Shown here: piece by piece, positions 37,601 to 49,724 of the stretch
Position numbering within the stretch: the first letter of the stretch is position 1
How the letters are laid out: the number at the start of each line of letters is the position of its first letter
Source of the DNA: Eledone cirrhosa
Lineage: Eukaryota
Length of the DNA: 64,000 nucleotides
Direction of reading: 5' to 3'
Assembly: GCA_964016885.1 (NCBI GenBank)
Contig: OZ024745.1
Coordinates: 18,662,001 to 18,726,000 of the forward strand
Position numbers and translations under genes: made by a program
Notes under the pieces: model-generated
Told to the model about the DNA's origin: nothing
Databases searched by the model: none
Seen by the model: only the letters and a program-made list of their open reading frames with translations

Positions 37601-40600
37601 TGTAGTGTTGTGTTGATGTTGTTGTTGTGGTGGTAGTGTTGTGTTGTGTTGTTGTGGTGAAGGTAGTCTTGTGTTGATGTTGTGTGGTGATGGTAGTGTT
37701 GTGTTGATGTTGGTGATGGTTGTCTTGTGTGATGTTGTTGTTGGTGATGGTAGTGTTGTGTTGATGTTGTTGGTGTGGTAGTGTTGTGTTGATGTTGTTG
37801 TGGTGATGGTAGTGTTGTGTTGATGTTGTTGTTGATGGTAGTGTTGGTGTTGATGTTGTTGTTGGTGATGGTAGTGTTGTGTTGATGTTGTTGGTGATGT
37901 AGTGTTGTGTTGATGGTGTTGGTGATGGTAGTGTTGTGTTGATGTTGTTGGTGATGGTAGTGTTGTGTTGATGTTGTTATTGGTGATGGTAGTGTTGTGT
38001 TGATGTTGTTGTTGGTGGTAGTGTTGTGTTGATGTTGTTGTTGGTGATGGTAGTGTTGTGTTGATGTGTTGTTGGTGATGGTAGTGTTGTGTTGATGTTG
38101 TTGTTGGTTATGGTAGTGTTGTGTGATGTTGTTGGTGATGGTAGTGTTGTGTCGATGTTGTTGTTGATGATAGTGTTGTCTTGATGTTGCTGGTGATGGT
38201 AGTGTTGTGTGATGTTGTTATTGGTGATGGTAGCGTTGTGTTGATGTTGTTGTTGGTGGTAGTGTTGTGTTGATGTTGTTGTTCGGTGATGGTAGTGTTG
38301 TGTTGATGTTGTTGTTGGTGATGGTAGTGTTGTGTTGATGTTATTGTTGGTGATGGTAGTGTTGTGTTGATGTTGTTGTTGGTGGTAGTGTTGTGTTGAT
38401 GTTGTTGTTCGTTATGGTAGTGTTGTGTTGATGTTGTTGTTGGTGATGGTAGTGTTGTGTTGATGTTGTTGTTGGTGGTAGTGTTGTGTTGATGTTGTTG
38501 TTGGTTATGGTAGTGTTGTGTTGATCTTGTTGTTGGTGATGGTAGTGTTGTGTTGATGTTGTTGGTGATTGTAGTGTTGTGTTGATGTTGTTGGTGATGG
38601 TAGTGTTGTGTTGATGTTGTTGTTGGTGATGGTAGTGTTGTGTTGATGTTGTTATTGGTGATGGTAGTGTTGTGTTGATTGTTGTTGTTGGTGGTAGTGT
38701 TGTGTTGATGTTGTTGTTGGTGATGGTAGTGTTGTGTTGATGTTGTTGTTGGTGGTAGTGTTGTGTTGATGATGTTGTTGGTGATGGTAGTGTTGTGTTG
38801 ATGTTGTTGGTGATGGTAGTGTTGTGTTGATGTTGTTGTTGATGGTAGTGTTGTGTGTATGTTGTTGTTGGTTATGGTAGTGTTGTGTTGATGTTGTTGG
38901 TGATGGCAGTGTTGTGTTGATGTTGTTGGTGATGGTAGTGTTGTGTTGATGTTGTTGTTGGTGATGGTAGTGTTGTGTTTGATGTTGTTGTTGTGATGGT
39001 AGTGTTGTGTTGATGTTGGTGATGGTAGTGTTGTGTTGATGTTGTTGTTGTGATGGTAGTGTTGTGTTGATGTTGTTGTTGGTGATGGTAGTGTTGTTTT
39101 GATGTTGTGGTGACGGTAGTGTTGTGTTGATGTTGTGGTGATGGTAGTGTTGTGTTGATGTTGTTGTTGGTGATGGTAGTGTTGTGTTGATGTTGTTGTT
39201 GCTGATGGTAGTGGTGTGTCGATGTTGTTGTTGGTGATGGTAGTGTTGTGTTGATGTTGTTGTTGGTGATGGTAGTGTTGTGTTGATGTTGTTGTTGGTG
39301 ATGGTAGTGTTGTGTTGATGTTGTTGGTGATGGTAGTGCTGTGTTGATGTTGTTGGTGATGGTAGTGTTGTGTTGATGTTGTTGTTGGTGATGGTAGTGT
39401 TGTGTTGATGTTGTTGTTGGTGATGGTAGTGTTGTGTTGATGTTGTTGTTGCAGATGGTAGTGGTGTGTTGATGTTGTTGTTGGTGATGGTAGTGGTGTG
39501 TTGATGTTGTTGTTGGTGATGGTAGTGGTGTGTTGATGTTGTTGGTGATGGTAGTGCTGTGTTGATGTTGTTATTGGTGATGGTAGTGTTGTGTTGATGT
39601 TGTTGTTGCTGATGGTAGTGGTGTGTTGATGTTGTTGTTGGTGATGTTAGTGTTGTGTTGATGTTGTTGTTGGTGATGGTAGTGTTGTGTTGATGTTGTT
39701 GGTGATGGTAGTGTTGTGTTGATGTTCTGGTGGTGATGGTAGTGTTGTGTTGATGTTGTTGGTGGTGGTAGTGTTGTGTTGATGTTGTTGGTGATGGTAG
39801 TGTTGTGTTGATGTTGTTGGTGGTGGTAGTGTTGTGTTGATGTTGTTGGTGATGGTAGTGTTGTGTTAATGTTGTTATTGGTGATGGTAGTGTTGTGTTG
39901 ATGTTGTTTTTGATGGTAGTGTTGTGTTGATGTTGTTGGTGATGGTAGTGTTGTGTTGATGTTGTTGTTGGTGATGGTAGTGTTGTGCTGATGTTGTTGT
40001 TGATGGTAGTGTTGTGTTGATGTTGTTGTTGGTGATGGTAGTGTTGTGTTGATGTTGTTGTTGATGGTAGTCTGTGTTGTGTTGATGTTGTTGTTGGTGA
40101 TGGTAATGTTGTGTTGATGTTGTTGGTGATGGTAGTGTTGTGTTGATGTTGTTGGTGATGGTAGTGTTGTGTTGATGTTGTTGGTGATGGTAGTGTTCTG
40201 TTGATGTTGTTGTTGTTGATGGTAGTGTTGTGTTGATGTTGTTTTTGATGGTAGTGTTTGTTGATGTTGTTGGTGATGGTAGTGTTGTGTTGATGTTGTT
40301 GTTGGTGATGGTAGTGTTGTGTTGATGTTGTTGTTGATGGTAGTGTTGTGTTGATGTTGTTGTTGGTGATAGTAGTCTTGTGTTGATGTTGTTGTTGGTG
40401 ATGGGAGTGTTGTGTTGATGTTGTTATTGGTGATGGTAGTGTTGTGTTGATGTTGTTGTTGGTGATGGTAGTGTTGTGTTGATGTTGTTGCTGATGGTAG
40501 TGTTGTGTTGATGTTGTTTTTGATGGTAGTGTTGTTTTGATGTTGTTGGTGATGGTAGTGTTGTGTTGATGTTCTTGGTGATGGTAGTGGTGTGTTGATG

Positions 40601-41262
40601 TTGTTGTTGGTGATGGTAGTGTTGTGTTGATGTTGTTGGTGATGGTAGTGTTGTGTTGATGTTGTTGGTGATGGTAGTGCTGTGTTGATGTTGTTATTGG
40701 TGATGGTAGTGTTTGTGTTGATGTTGTTGTTGGTGGTAGTGTTGTGTTGATGTTGTTGTTGGTGATGGTAGTGTTGTGTTGATATTGTTGTTGGTGATGA
40801 TAGTGTTGTGTTGATGTTGTTGGTGATGATAGTGTTGTGTTGATGTGGTTGTTGGTGATGGTAGTGTTGTGTTGATGTTGTTGTTGGTGATGGTAGTGTT
40901 GTGTTGGTGTTGTTTGTGATGGTAGTGTTGTGTTGATGTTGTTGTTGGTGATGGTAGTGTTGTGTTGATGTTGTTGGTGATGGTAGTGATGTGTTGATGT
41001 TGTTGGTGATGGTAGTGTTGTGTTGATGTTGTTTTTGGTGATGGTAGTGTTGTGTTGATGTTGTTGTTGGTGATGGTAGTGTTGTGTTGATGTTGTTGGT
41101 GATGGTAGTGCTGTGTTGATGTTGTTGTTGGTGATGTTAGTGTTGTGTTGATGTTGTTGTTGGTGATGGTAGTGTTATGTTTATGTTGTTGGTGATGGTA
41201 GTGTTGTGTTGATGTTGTTGTTGGTGATGGTAGTGTTGTATTGATGTTGCTGATGGTAGTGG

Positions 41263-44200
41263 AGTGTTGATGTTGTTGTTGGTGATGGTAGTGGAGTGTT
41301 GATGTTGTTGTTGGTGATGGTAGTGTTGTGTTGATGTTGTTATTGGTGATGGTACTGTTGTGTTGATGTTGTTGTTGATGGTAGTGTTGTGTTGATGTTG
41401 TTATTGGTGATGGTAGTGTTGTGTTGATGTTGTTGTTGGTGGTAGTGTTGTGTTGATGTTGTTGTTGGTGATGGTAGTGTTGTGTTGATGTTGTTGTTGG
41501 TGATGGTAGTGTTGTGTTGATGTTGTTGGTGATGGTAGTGTTGTGTTGTTGTTGTTGGTGGTAGTGTTGTGTTGATGTTGTTGTTGGTGATGGTAGTGTT
41601 GTGTTGATGTTGTTATTGGTGATGGTAGTGTTGTGTTGATGTTGTTGGTGGTGGTAGTGTTGTGTTGATGTTGGTGATGGTAGTGTTGTGTTGATGTTGT
41701 TGTTGGTGATGGTAGTGTTGTGTTGATGTTGTTATTGGTGATGGTAGTGTTGTGTTGATGTTGTTGGTGGTGGTAGTGTTGTGTTGATGTTGGTGATGGT
41801 AGTGTTGTGTTGATGTTGTTATTGGTGATGGTACTGTTGTGTTGATGTTGTTGTTGATGGTAGTGTTGTGTTGATGTTGTTATTGGTGATGGTAGTGTTG
41901 TGTTGATGTTGTTGTTGGTGGTAGTGTTGTGTTGATGTTGTTGTTGGTGATGGTAGTGTTGTGTTGATGTTGTTGTTGGTGATGGTAGTGTTGTGTTGAT
42001 GTTGTTGGTGATGGTAGTGTTGTGTTGTTGTTGTTGGTGGTAGTGTTGTGTTGATGTTGTTGTTGGTGATGGTAGTGTTGTGTTGATGTTGTTATTGGTG
42101 ATGGTAGTGTTGTGTTGATGTTGTTGGTGGTGGTAGTGTTGTGTTGATGTTGGTGATGGTAGTGTTGTGTTGATGTTGTTGTTGGTGATGGTAGTGTTGT
42201 GTTGATGTTGTTGTTGGTGATGGTAGTGTTGTTTTGATGTTGTTGGTGAAGGTAGTGTTGTGTTGATGTTGTTGGTGATGGTAGTGTTGTGTTGATGTTG
42301 TTGTTGGTGATGGTAGTGTTGTGTTGATGTTGTTGGTGACGGTAGTGTTGTGTTGATGTTGTTGGTGATGGTAGTGTTGTGTTGATGTTGTTGTTGGTGA
42401 TGGTAGTGTTGTGTTGATGTTGTTGGTGATGGTAGTGTTGTGTTGATGTTGTTGTTGGTGATGGTAGTGTTGTGTTGATGTTGTTGGTGACGGTAGTGGT
42501 GTGTTGATGTTGTTGGTGATGGTAGTGTTGTGTTGATGTTGTTGTTGGTGATGGTAGTGTTGTGTTGATGTTGTTGTTGGTGATGGTAGTGTTGTGTTGA
42601 TGTTGTTGTTGGTGATGGTAGTGTTGTGTTGATGTTGTTGTTGTTGATGGTAGTGTTGTGTTGATGTTGTTGTTGGTGATGGTAGTGTTGTGTTGATGTT
42701 GTTGTTGGTGAAGGTAGTCTTGTGTTGATGTTGTTGTTGTTGATGGTAGTGTTGTGTTGATGTTGTTGTTGGTGATGGTAGTGTTGTGTTGATGTTGGTG
42801 ATGGTAGTCTTGTGTTGATGTTGTTGTTGGTGATGGTAGTGTTGTGTTGATGTTGTTGGTGATGGTAGTGTTGTGTTGATGTTGTTGTTGGTGATGGTAG
42901 TGTTGTGTTGATGTTGTTGTTGATGGTAGTGTTGTGTTGATGTTGTTGTTGGTGATGGTAGTGTTGTGTTGATGTTGTTGGTGATGGTAGTGTTGTGTTG
43001 ATGTTGTTGGTGATGGTAGTGTTGTGTTGATGTTGTTGGTGATGGTAGTGTTGTGTTGATGTTGTTATTGGTGATGGTAGTGTTGTGTTGATGTTGTTGT
43101 TGGTGGTAGTGTTGTGTTGATGTTGTTGTTGGTGATGGTAGTGTTGTGTTGATGTTGTTGTTGGTGATGGTAGTGTTGTGTTGATGTTGTTGTTGGTTAT
43201 GGTAGTGTTGTGTTGATGTTGTTGGTGATGGTAGTGTTGTGTCGATGTTGTTGTTGATGGTAGTGTTGTCTTGATGTTGCTGGTGATGGTAGTGTTGTGT
43301 TGATGTTGTTATTGGTGATGGTAGCGTTGTGTTGATGTTGTTGTTGGTGGTAGTGTTGTGTTGATGTTGTTGTTGGTGATGGTAGTGTTGTGTTGATGTT
43401 GTTGTTGGTGATGGTAGTGTTGTGTTGATGTTATTGTTGGTGATGGTAGTGTTGTGTTGATGTTGTTGTTGGTGGTAGTGTTGTGTTGATGTTGTTGTTC
43501 GTTATGGTAGTGTTGTGTTGATGTTGTTGTTGGTGATGGTAGTGTTGTGTTGATGTTGTTGTTGATGGTAGTGTTGTGTTGATGTTGTTATTGGTGATGG
43601 TAGTGTTGTGTTGATGTTGTTGTTGGTGGTAGTGTTGTGTTGATGTTGTTGTTGGTTATGGTAGTGTTGTGTTGATCTTGTTGTTGGTGATGGTAGTGTT
43701 GTGTTGATGTTGTTGGTGATTGTAGTGTTGTGTTGATGTTGTTGGTGATGGTAGTGTTGTGTTGATGTTGTTGTTGGTGATGGTAGTGTTGTGTTGATGT
43801 TGTTATTGGTGATGGTAGTGTTGTGTTGATGTTGTTGTTGGTGGTAGTGTTGTGTTGATGTTGTTGTTGGTGATGGTAGTGTTGTGTTGATGTTGTTGTT
43901 GGTGGTAGTGTTGTGTTGATGATGTTGTTGGTGATGGTAGTGTTGTGTTGATGTTGTTGGTGATGGTAGTGTTGTGTTGATGTTGTTGTTGATGGTAGTG
44001 TTGTGTTGATGTTGTTGTTGGTTATGGTAGTGTTGTGTTGATGTTGTTGGTGATGGCAGTGTTGTGTTGATGTTGTTGGTGATGGTAGTGTTGTGTTGAT
44101 GTTGTTGTTGGTGATGGTAGTGTTGTGTTGATGTTGTTGTTGGTGATGGTAGTGTTGTGTTGATGTTGGTGATGGTAGTGTTGTGTTGATGTTGTTGTTG

Positions 44201-46418
44201 GTGATGGTAGTGTTGTGTTGATGTTGTTGTTGGTGATGGTAGTGTTGTTTTGATGTTGTTGGTGACGGTAGTGTTGTGTTGATGTTGTTGGTGATGGTAG
44301 TGTTGTGTTGATGTTGTTGTTGGTGATGGTAGTGTTGTGTTGATGTTGTTGTTGCTGATGGTAGTGGTGTGTCGATGTTGTTGTTGGTGATGGTAGTGTT
44401 GTGTTGATGTTGTTGTTGGTGATGGTAGTGTTGTGTTGATGTTGTTGTTGGTGATGGTAGTGTTGTGTTGATGTTGTTGGTGATGGTAGTGCTGTGTTGA
44501 TGTTGTTGGTGATGGTAGTGTTGTGTTGATGTTGTTGTTGGTGATGGTAGTGTTGTGTTGATGTTGTTGTTGGTGATGGTAGTGTTGTGTTGATGTTGTT
44601 GTTGCAGATGGTAGTGGTGTGTTGATGTTGTTGTTGGTGATGGTAGTGGTGTGTTGATGTTGTTGTTGGTGATGGTAGTGGTGTGTTGATGTTGTTGGTG
44701 ATGGTAGTGCTGTGTTGATGTTGTTATTGGTGATGGTAGTGTTGTGTTGATGTTGTTGTTGCTGATGGTAGTGGTGTGTTGATGTTGTTGTTGGTGATGT
44801 TAGTGTTGTGTTGATGTTGTTGTTGGTGATGGTAGTGTTGTGTTGATGTTGTTGGTGATGGTAGTGTTGTGTTGATGTTCTTGGTGGTGATGGTAGTGTT
44901 GTGTTGATGTTGTTGGTGGTGGTAGTGTTGTGTTGATGTTGTTGGTGATGGTAGTGTTGTGTTGATGTTGTTGGTGGTGGTAGTGTTGTGTTGATGTTGT
45001 TGGTGATGGTAGTGTTGTGTTAATGTTGTTATTGGTGATGGTAGTGTTGTGTTGATGTTGTTTTTGATGGTAGTGTTGTGTTGATGTTGTTGGTGATGGT
45101 AGTGTTGTGTTGATGTTGTTGTTGGTGATGGTAGTGTTGTGCTGATGTTGTTGTTGATGGTAGTGTTGTGTTGATGTTGTTGTTGGTGATGGTAGTGTTG
45201 TGTTGATGTTGTTGTTGATGGTAGTCTTGTGTTGTGTTGATGTTGTTGTTGGTGATGGTAATGTTGTGTTGATGTTGTTGGTGATGGTAGTGTTGTGTTG
45301 ATGTTGTTGGTGATGGTAGTGTTGTGTTGATGTTGTTGGTGATGGTAGTGTTCTGTTGATGTTGTTGTTGTTGATGGTAGTGTTGTGTTGATGTTGTTTT
45401 TGATGGTAGTGTTGTGTTGATGTTGTTGGTGATGGTAGTGTTGTGTTGATGTTGTTGTTGGTGATGGTAGTGTTGTGTTGATGTTGTTGTTGATGGTAGT
45501 GTTGTGTTGATGTTGTTGTTGGTGATAGTAGTCTTGTGTTGATGTTGTTGTTGGTGATGGGAGTGTTGTGTTGATGTTGTTATTGGTGATGGTAGTGTTG
45601 TGTTGATGTTGTTGTTGGTGATGGTAGTGTTGTGTTGATGTTGTTGCTGATGGTAGTGTTGTGTTGATGTTGTTTTTGATGGTAGTGTTGTTTTGATGTT
45701 GTTGGTGATGGTAGTGTTGTGTTGATGTTCTTGGTGATGGTAGTGGTGTGTTGATGTTGTTGTTGGTGATGGTAGTGTTGTGTTGATGTTGTTGGTGATG
45801 GTAGTGTTGTGTTGATGTTGTTGGTGATGGTAGTGCTGTGTTGATGTTGTTATTGGTGATGGTAGTGTTTGTGTTGATGTTGTTGTTGGTGGTAGTGTTG
45901 TGTTGATGTTGTTGTTGGTGATGGTAGTGTTGTGTTGATATTGTTGTTGGTGATGATAGTGTTGTGTTGATGTTGTTGGTGATGATAGTGTTGTGTTGAT
46001 GTGGTTGTTGGTGATGGTAGTGTTGTGTTGATGTTGTTGTTGGTGATGGTAGTGTTGTGTTGGTGTTGTTTGTGATGGTAGTGTTGTGTTGATGTTGTTG
46101 TTGGTGATGGTAGTGTTGTGTTGATGTTGTTGGTGATGGTAGTGATGTGTTGATGTTGTTGGTGATGGTAGTGTTGTGTTGATGTTGTTTTTGGTGATGG
46201 TAGTGTTGTGTTGATGTTGTTGTTGGTGATGGTAGTGTTGTGTTGATGTTGTTGGTGATGGTAGTGCTGTGTTGATGTTGTTGTTGGTGATGTTAGTGTT
46301 GTGTTGATGTTGTTGTTGGTGATGGTAGTGTTATGTTTATGTTGTTGGTGATGGTAGTGTTGTGTTGATGTTGTTGTTGGTGATGGTAGTGTTGTATTGA
46401 TGTTGCTGATGGTAGTGG
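41263..46418. repeat. HOR unit A copy 1 (5,156 bp)
   Basis: Phase set arbitrarily at the first GTGGAGTG of the doublet (A at 41263, next at 46419). Contains the doubled GGTACTG marker at 41355/41834. Confidence 0.9.
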
Positions 46419-49400
46419 AGTGTTGATGTTGTTGTTGGTGATGGTAGTGGAGTGTTGATGTTGTTGTTGGTGATGGTAGTGTTGTGTTGATGTTGTTATT
46501 GGTGATGGTACTGTTGTGTTGATGTTGTTGTTGATGGTAGTGTTGTGTTGATGTTGTTATTGGTGATGGTAGTGTTGTGTTGATGTTGTTGTTGGTGGTA
46601 GTGTTGTGTTGATGTTGTTGTTGGTGATGGTAGTGTTGTGTTGATGTTGTTGTTGGTGATGGTAGTGTTGTGTTGATGTTGTTGGTGATGGTAGTGTTGT
46701 GTTGTTGTTGTTGGTGGTAGTGTTGTGTTGATGTTGTTGTTGGTGATGGTAGTGTTGTGTTGATGTTGTTATTGGTGATGGTAGTGTTGTGTTGATGTTG
46801 TTGGTGGTGGTAGTGTTGTGTTGATGTTGGTGATGGTAGTGTTGTGTTGATGTTGTTGTTGGTGATGGTAGTGTTGTGTTGATGTTGTTGTTGGTGATGG
46901 TAGTGTTGTTTTGATGTTGTTGGTGAAGGTAGTGTTGTGTTGATGTTGTTGGTGATGGTAGTGTTGTGTTGATGTTGTTGTTGGTGATGGTAGTGTTGTG
47001 TTGATGTTGTTGGTGACGGTAGTGTTGTGTTGATGTTGTTGGTGATGGTAGTGTTGTGTTGATGTTGTTGTTGGTGATGGTAGTGTTGTGTTGATGTTGT
47101 TGGTGATGGTAGTGTTGTGTTGATGTTGTTGTTGGTGATGGTAGTGTTGTGTTGATGTTGTTGGTGACGGTAGTGGTGTGTTGATGTTGTTGGTGATGGT
47201 AGTGTTGTGTTGATGTTGTTGTTGGTGATGGTAGTGTTGTGTTGATGTTGTTGTTGGTGATGGTAGTGTTGTGTTGATGTTGTTGTTGGTGATGGTAGTG
47301 TTGTGTTGATGTTGTTGTTGTTGATGGTAGTGTTGTGTTGATGTTGTTGTTGGTGATGGTAGTGTTGTGTTGATGTTGTTGTTGGTGAAGGTAGTCTTGT
47401 GTTGATGTTGTTGTTGTTGATTGTAGTGTTGTGTTGATGTTGTTGTTGGTGATGGTAGTGTTGTGTTGATGTTGGTGATGGTAGTCTTGTGTTGATGTTG
47501 TTGTTGGTGATGGTAGTGTTGTGTTGATGTTGTTGGTGATGGTAGTGTTGTGTTGATGTTGTTGTTGGTGATGGTAGTGTTGTGTTGATGTTGTTGTTGA
47601 TGGTAGTGTTGTGTTGATGTTGTTGTTGGTGATGGTAGTGTTGTGTTGATGTTGTTGTTGCTGATGGTAGTGGTGTGTCGATGTTGTTGTTGGTGATGGT
47701 AGTGTTGTGTTGATGTTGTTGTTGGTGATGGTAGTGTTGTGTTGATGTTGTTGTTGGTGATGGTAGTGTTGTGTTGATGTTGTTGGTGATGGTAGTGCTG
47801 TGTTGATGTTGTTGGTGATGGTAGTGTTGTGTTGATGTTGTTGTTGGTGATGGTAGTGTTGTGTTGATGTTGTTGTTGGTGATGGTAGTGTTGTGTTGAT
47901 GTTGTTGTTGCAGATGGTAGTGGTGTGTTGATGTTGTTGTTGGTGATGGTAGTGGTGTGTTGATGTTGTTGTTGGTGATGGTAGTGGTGTGTTGATGTTG
48001 TTGGTGATGGTAGTGCTGTGTTGATGTTGTTATTGGTGATGGTAGTGTTGTGTTGATGTTGTTGTTGCTGATGGTAGTGGTGTGTTGATGTTGTTGTTGG
48101 TGATGTTAGTGTTGTGTTGATGTTGTTGTTGGTGATGGTAGTGTTGTGTTGATGTTGTTGGTGATGGTAGTGTTGTGTTGATGTTCTTGGTGGTGATGGT
48201 AGTGTTGTGTTGATGTTGTTGGTGGTGGTAGTGTTGTGTTGATGTTGGTGATGGTAGTCTTGTGTTGATGTTGTTGTTGGTGATGGTAGTGTTGTGTTGA
48301 TGTTGTTGGTGATGGTAGTGTTGTGTTGATGTTGTTGTTGGTGATGGTAGTGTTGTGTTGATGTTGTTTTTGATGGTAGTGTTGTGTTGATGTTGTTGGT
48401 GATGGTAGTGTTGTGTTGATGTTGTTGTTGGTGATGGTAGTGTTGTGCTGATGTTGTTGTTGATGGTAGTGTTGTGTTGATGTTGTTGTTGGTGATGGTA
48501 GTGTTGTGTTGATGTTGTTGTTGATGGTAGTCTTGTGTTGTGTTGATGTTGTTGTTGGTGATGGTAATGTTGTGTTGATGTTGTTGGTGATGGTAGTGTT
48601 GTGTTGATGTTGTTGGTGATGGTAGTGTTGTGTTGATGTTGTTGGTGATGGTAGTGTTCTGTTGATGTTGTTGTTGTTGATGGTAGTGTTGTGTTGATGT
48701 TGTTTTTGATGGTAGTGTTGTGTTGATGTTGTTGGTGATGGTAGTGTTGTGTTGATGTTGTTGTTGGTGATGGTAGTGTTGTGTTGATGTTGTTGTTGAT
48801 GGTAGTGTTGTGTTGATGTTGTTGTTGGTGATAGTAGTCTTGTGTTGATGTTGTTGTTGGTGATGGGAGTGTTGTGTTGATGTTGTTATTGGTGATGGTA
48901 GTGTTGTGTTGATGTTGTTGTTGGTGATGGTAGTGTTGTGTTGATGTTGTTGCTGATGGTAGTGTTGTGTTGATGTTGTTTTTGATGGTAGTGTTGTTTT
49001 GATGTTGTTGGTGATGGTAGTGTTGTGTTGATGTTCTTGGTGATGGTAGTGGTGTGTTGATGTTGTTGTTGGTGATGGTAGTGTTGTGTTGATGTTGTTG
49101 GTGATGGTAGTGTTGTGTTGATGTTGTTGGTGATGGTAGTGCTGTGTTGATGTTGTTATTGGTGATGGTAGTGTTTGTGTTGATGTTGTTGTTGGTGGTA
49201 GTGTTGTGTTGATGTTGTTGTTGGTGATGGTAGTGTTGTGTTGATATTGTTGTTGGTGATGATAGTGTTGTGTTGATGTTGTTGGTGATGATAGTGTTGT
49301 GTTGATGTGGTTGTTGGTGATGGTAGTGTTGTGTTGATGTTGTTGTTGGTGATGGTAGTGTTGTGTTGGTGTTGTTTGTGATGGTAGTGTTGTGTTGATG

Positions 49401-49724
49401 TTGTTGTTGGTGATGGTAGTGTTGTGTTGATGTTGTTGGTGATGGTAGTGATGTGTTGATGTTGTTGGTGATGGTAGTGTTGTGTTGATGTTGTTTTTGG
49501 TGATGGTAGTGTTGTGTTGATGTTGTTGTTGGTGATGGTAGTGTTGTGTTGATGTTGTTGGTGATGGTAGTGCTGTGTTGATGTTGTTGTTGGTGATGTT
49601 AGTGTTGTGTTGATGTTGTTGTTGGTGATGGTAGTGTTATGTTTATGTTGTTGGTGATGGTAGTGTTGTGTTGATGTTGTTGTTGGTGATGGTAGTGTTG
49701 TATTGATGTTGCTGATGGTAGTGG
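46419..49724. repeat. HOR unit B copy 1 (3,306 bp, about 1,371 bp deleted)
   Basis: Single GGTACTG (46511) and the B-diagnostic GATTGTAG (~47421). Lacks the GTCGA/GTAGCG/TTCGTT/GATCTT/GGCAG marker block. Confidence 0.87.
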
